Below, piece by piece: positions 52,660 through 55,389 of a stretch of DNA of 55,389 bases. The stretch comes from a virus (taxonomy: Duplodnaviria; Caudoviricetes), in the IMG/VR virus record IMGVR_UViG_3300036826_000033, positions 1 to 55,389 of that record; one strand, 5' to 3'. A program made the translations under genes and the position numbers. The notes under the pieces were generated by a model, which saw only the letters and a list, made by a program, of their open reading frames with translations, did no database searches and was not told the origin of the DNA. Each line of letters opens with the position of its first letter. The stretch's first letter is position 1.

Positions 52660-53777
52660 ACAGAGCGACGACGTCGCCGTCGAACTTGCAGCGACGCTAC
52701 TTGTGCCCGGGCAGCGCGCGCATAGAAGCCGGGCAACACGAAGACGAATCGAAGGACGCGCGTCTCGGCAAGCTGCTGCATCATTTCTGGGCGCGCCCGG
52801 AGATCGACCGCGCATTCTTGACGAACGATCAGCGCGATCTGCTTGAGCTGAGTGATCGACTGATGGATGACGTGCTGAATCGTCTTGCGTTCGAGACCGA
52901 TCACGAGCTGTTCGTCGAGCATCAGATGACGAGCCGCTTTGATCGTTTTCCCGGGAAAGCTGATCGACTCTACATCTGGCCGCGTCGCAAGGCTGCGCTC
53001 ATCGTCGATCTGAAGACCGGGTTCATTATCGTTGAAAGCGCTGATCTCAACTTGCAGCTGCGCGGCTATGCTGTGCTCGTCGGCGACAACTGGCTTGCCA
53101 TCGAGCACGTCTATGTCGCGATCTTGCAGCCGCGCTTGTGGTCGCCGTCTGAACGCATTACTCTCGCGCGATATGAGAGAGAAGACATCGAACGCGCGCG
53201 CAGACAAGTCGACGCGATCATCGACGAAAGCGAAAAAGAAAAGGCGCCACTCAGAGCAGGCGAAGAGCAGTGTCGCTTCTGCAAAGGGCGGCTCATCTGC
53301 CCGGCATTCCGCAAAGCGCTCGCGCTCCCCGTTCAAAGTTTCAAGTCAGAGGCTGATCTGAGCAAAGCAGCGCGTGAAGCATTCATCGAGCAGCGCATCA
53401 AAGGCTGCACTGACGAGCAGCTCGAACAAGTGCTCGAAGCCGTGAAGCTGGCATCGTATGTCGACGAACCGGCACATGACGAAGCGCGTCTGCGCATTCG
53501 CAACGGGCAGATGACGAATCTCGTGCTCGGCAAAGAATACGATCTGCGCAACATCACGAACGTGCGACGCGCGATTGCCATGCTCGCGCTCGCCGGCATT
53601 GCAAAGCGCGAAGACATTCTCGACATCTGCGATTTTTCGCTGAAAGCTGTCGAAGAACGCTACCGCGACGCGCACAAAGGCATGACGTGGCAGCAAGCGA
53701 GAGACAAGATCAACAAAGTCTTGGCGAGCGTGATTGAGCGTTCGCCATGCAAACCGAAAATCATGAAAAGAAAATGA
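52641..53777 (+). CDS. DUF2800 / Cas4-like PD-(D/E)xK exonuclease
   Basis: SPS...CPGS, GKAD, IVDLKTG, NLQLRGYA, CRFC...CP. Confidence 0.85.
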   Translation: MATTTVNRATTSPSNLQRRYLCPGSARIEAGQHEDESKDARLGKLLHHFWARPEIDRAFLTNDQRDLLELSDRLMDDVLNRLAFETDHELFVEHQMTSRFDRFPGKADRLYIWPRRKAALIVDLKTGFIIVESADLNLQLRGYAVLVGDNWLAIEHVYVAILQPRLWSPSERITLARYEREDIERARRQVDAIIDESEKEKAPLRAGEEQCRFCKGRLICPAFRKALALPVQSFKSEADLSKAAREAFIEQRIKGCTDEQLEQVLEAVKLASYVDEPAHDEARLRIRNGQMTNLVLGKEYDLRNITNVRRAIAMLALAGIAKREDILDICDFSLKAVEERYRDAHKGMTWQQARDKINKVLASVIERSPCKPKIMKRK

Positions 53778-54040
53778 GATCGCCACTGCTGAGCAACCCT
53801 GTCCGAGATCGCTGCAGATCGTGCAAAAAACCAATCATCTGGGCAATCACTGAAAAGAATCGACGCATCCCGCTCGACCCGGAACCGGTCGCTGACGGCA
53901 ACATTCTGCTGACGCCGCGCGGGAACTTTCTGGCGCCGCTCGCAACGGTGCGCTTCGCAGTGCAGCTCGACAATCCGCTGCGCTACAAATCGCACTTCGC
54001 GACGTGCCCGAATGCAGCTCAGCATCGGCGCAAGCGATGA
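53774..54040 (+). CDS. Zinc-binding phage protein
   Basis: CRSC..PIIW...IPLDPEP...SHFATCP. Confidence 0.8.
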   Translation: MRSPLLSNPVRDRCRSCKKPIIWAITEKNRRIPLDPEPVADGNILLTPRGNFLAPLATVRFAVQLDNPLRYKSHFATCPNAAQHRRKR

Positions 54041-54225
54041 AAACAAAAACGCTGCTCGCAGAACTTGAACAGCTCGTCACGGTGACGTGGGATGGCAATC
54101 TTCTCAGCAAAGACGCGCGTGACGAGCTTGTGCATCGCGGTCTTGTGCAGCGTCATCATGGCTGGAACTGGCTCACGCGCGAGGGCGTCGAACTCGCTGA
54201 GCACTACAAGATCATCAAGACATGA
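54037..54225 (+). CDS. Hypothetical protein
   Basis: WDGNLLSKDARDELV..GL; ATGA overlaps. Confidence 0.65.
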   Translation: MKTKTLLAELEQLVTVTWDGNLLSKDARDELVHRGLVQRHHGWNWLTREGVELAEHYKIIKT

Positions 54226-54431
54226 GCGACGAACAATATCCGCACGGCAAGATCAGTCATGATGACGACGGCTCACTCGACATCGCTGTCGCCGCCGACC
54301 CCGGCTACAATGTTGTGCGCATCGAGTTCGGCAAAGAGGTGAGCTGGCTCGCGCTCGACGTCGAATCAGCTGAGCGCTTCGTCGCGTTGCTCGAACAAAA
54401 GATCGACGACTTGAAGGCAGGTTCAAAATGA
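54222..54431 (+). CDS. Hypothetical protein
   Basis: YPHGKI..DDDG.L...VRIEFGKEVSWL. Confidence 0.7.
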   Translation: MSDEQYPHGKISHDDDGSLDIAVAADPGYNVVRIEFGKEVSWLALDVESAERFVALLEQKIDDLKAGSK

Positions 54432-54868
54432 CCGCAATCGACAGCGAGATCACCGAGGCGCTTGCAATCGTCGCCGTTGAGACGATGAGCACTCCTGAAT
54501 TGCTCGCCGCGAAAGCCAAAATCGAGGCTGCACAGAACGTTCTCAGTTCAGAGTCAAACAAGATCAACAGCCAGATCGAACAGGCACATGCGAAATTCAG
54601 TGCGCATGGCGAGCCTTCTGAGCCTGACTGGTGGAAACGTGTCAACGCGGCGAAGCGCGCAAAGGCTTGGCAGCGTCAGCGCTTGCAAGAAAAGATCGGC
54701 GCGATCAATCGCGCTTTGCGAGATCGCCATCATGTCGAGACGATGCGCAGTGAAGACGACCGTCGCAAGACACGCGACCGCATCTTCATCCAAATTGCAA
54801 AATTGCATCTGCCTACTGAGACCTATCAGAAGCTGTGGAGATTGGTTGAGGAGACCGAGCAACAATGA
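54428..54868 (+). CDS. Coiled-coil hypothetical protein
   Basis: 146 aa, ATGA overlaps. Confidence 0.7.
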   Translation: MTAIDSEITEALAIVAVETMSTPELLAAKAKIEAAQNVLSSESNKINSQIEQAHAKFSAHGEPSEPDWWKRVNAAKRAKAWQRQRLQEKIGAINRALRDRHHVETMRSEDDRRKTRDRIFIQIAKLHLPTETYQKLWRLVEETEQQ

Positions 54869-55065
54869 CTGAGCCCGAACTTTTCGCGATCGTCAACAGC
54901 TGCCGCGATCAGATCGCGCAAGGCATCGCGAATGAGCTTGGCAAAGATTTCACGATTCACACAACGCGCTGGGATGAGATCATTCGCAACGCGTGCCTTG
55001 AAACCTACAAACTGGGAGTGAGAGATGAGCGAGCAAAAACCGCGCCTCCGAGCGTGGCACTCTGA
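54865..55065 (+). CDS. Hypothetical protein
   Basis: 66 aa, ATGA overlap. Confidence 0.55.
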   Translation: MTEPELFAIVNSCRDQIAQGIANELGKDFTIHTTRWDEIIRNACLETYKLGVRDERAKTAPPSVAL

Positions 55066-55307
55066 CGAGCTGGCGTTCACTGACGCGATGGAGATGATGA
55101 AAGCGTCGAACATCAGCGACGAGCTTGCACTGAAATTTTGGTCTGAACTTTTCGGTCGTCATCCCGGCATTCAACTGCTGACGATTGCCGACATGGGTGC
55201 GCGCTGGATTAACAGCCACCCGAAAGAATATCGTGAGAACGCCATGAACGCGATCATCCAAGCGATGCTTGGACTCGCAACAATAGATCAGAAAAATGAG
55301 CAAACAG
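55025..55307 (+). CDS. Hypothetical protein whose last codons are displaced by the IS (native end ...EQTDTTTGAAD* at 159-161)
   Basis: MSEQKPRLRAWHSDELAF... stays open to the window end, so it is absent from the ORF track. Confidence 0.6.
55300..55307. repeat. Target-site duplication GCAAACAG (left copy)
   Basis: Identical to 128-135. Confidence 0.9.
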
Positions 55308-55389
55308 GGTGTTGCCTCCGATTGGGGCACCGACAGAAAAGTGGGAGAAAATTGACATCCAGCGGACACGGTGAGAATCGAACTCACAG
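55308..55389 (+). mobile_element. Left end of the IS1-family element (left inverted repeat plus likely transposase promoter)
   Basis: GGTGTTGCCTCCGATT inverted repeat; internal TTGACA; GG-rich, unlike the phage backbone. Confidence 0.85.

Noticed and set aside
52641-53777. CRISPR-associated Cas4
   Set aside because: Motifs fit the common stand-alone phage DUF2800 exonuclease; no array or other cas genes
1-55389. Stop-codon reassignment
   Set aside because: Conserved genes are full length under the standard code, and TAA, TAG and TGA all terminate genes

Overview
The window is an apparently complete, circularly permuted ~55 kb tailed dsDNA phage genome. It has a lambda-like head module (Nu1/gpA terminase, lambda-type portal, ClpP-like protease, decoration protein, gpE-type capsid) and a P2/Mu-like contractile tail. 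The assembly is broken inside an IS1-family insertion sequence: both 16-bp inverted repeats and an 8-bp target duplication are visible at the two window ends, which closes the genome. Layout: rightward replication/nuclease arm (52.2 kb through the IS to 5.7 kb), leftward arm of small early genes behind a repeated promoter motif (5.7-17.0 kb), rightward late operon (17.2-45.9 kb), leftward methyltransferase/recombination arm (45.9-52.2 kb). I recognise no integrase, CI-type repressor, DNA polymerase, primase or ParA/ParB. Most notable: (i) a GH75 chitosanase-family protein next to a holin, in the endolysin position; (ii) dispersed DNA-modification-type enzymes (PLP enzyme, radical SAM, SPPY methyltransferase) in a genome visibly depleted of CC/GG; (iii) a host-type parS site and an iteron-like origin beside a DnaB-N/AAA_25 chimeric helicase, hinting at extrachromosomal persistence; (iv) a tRNA-like ncRNA candidate. 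The host is tentatively Verrucomicrobiota (Chthoniobacterales), inferred from the DnaB N-domain. All family assignments come from recalled motifs; no database searches were run.
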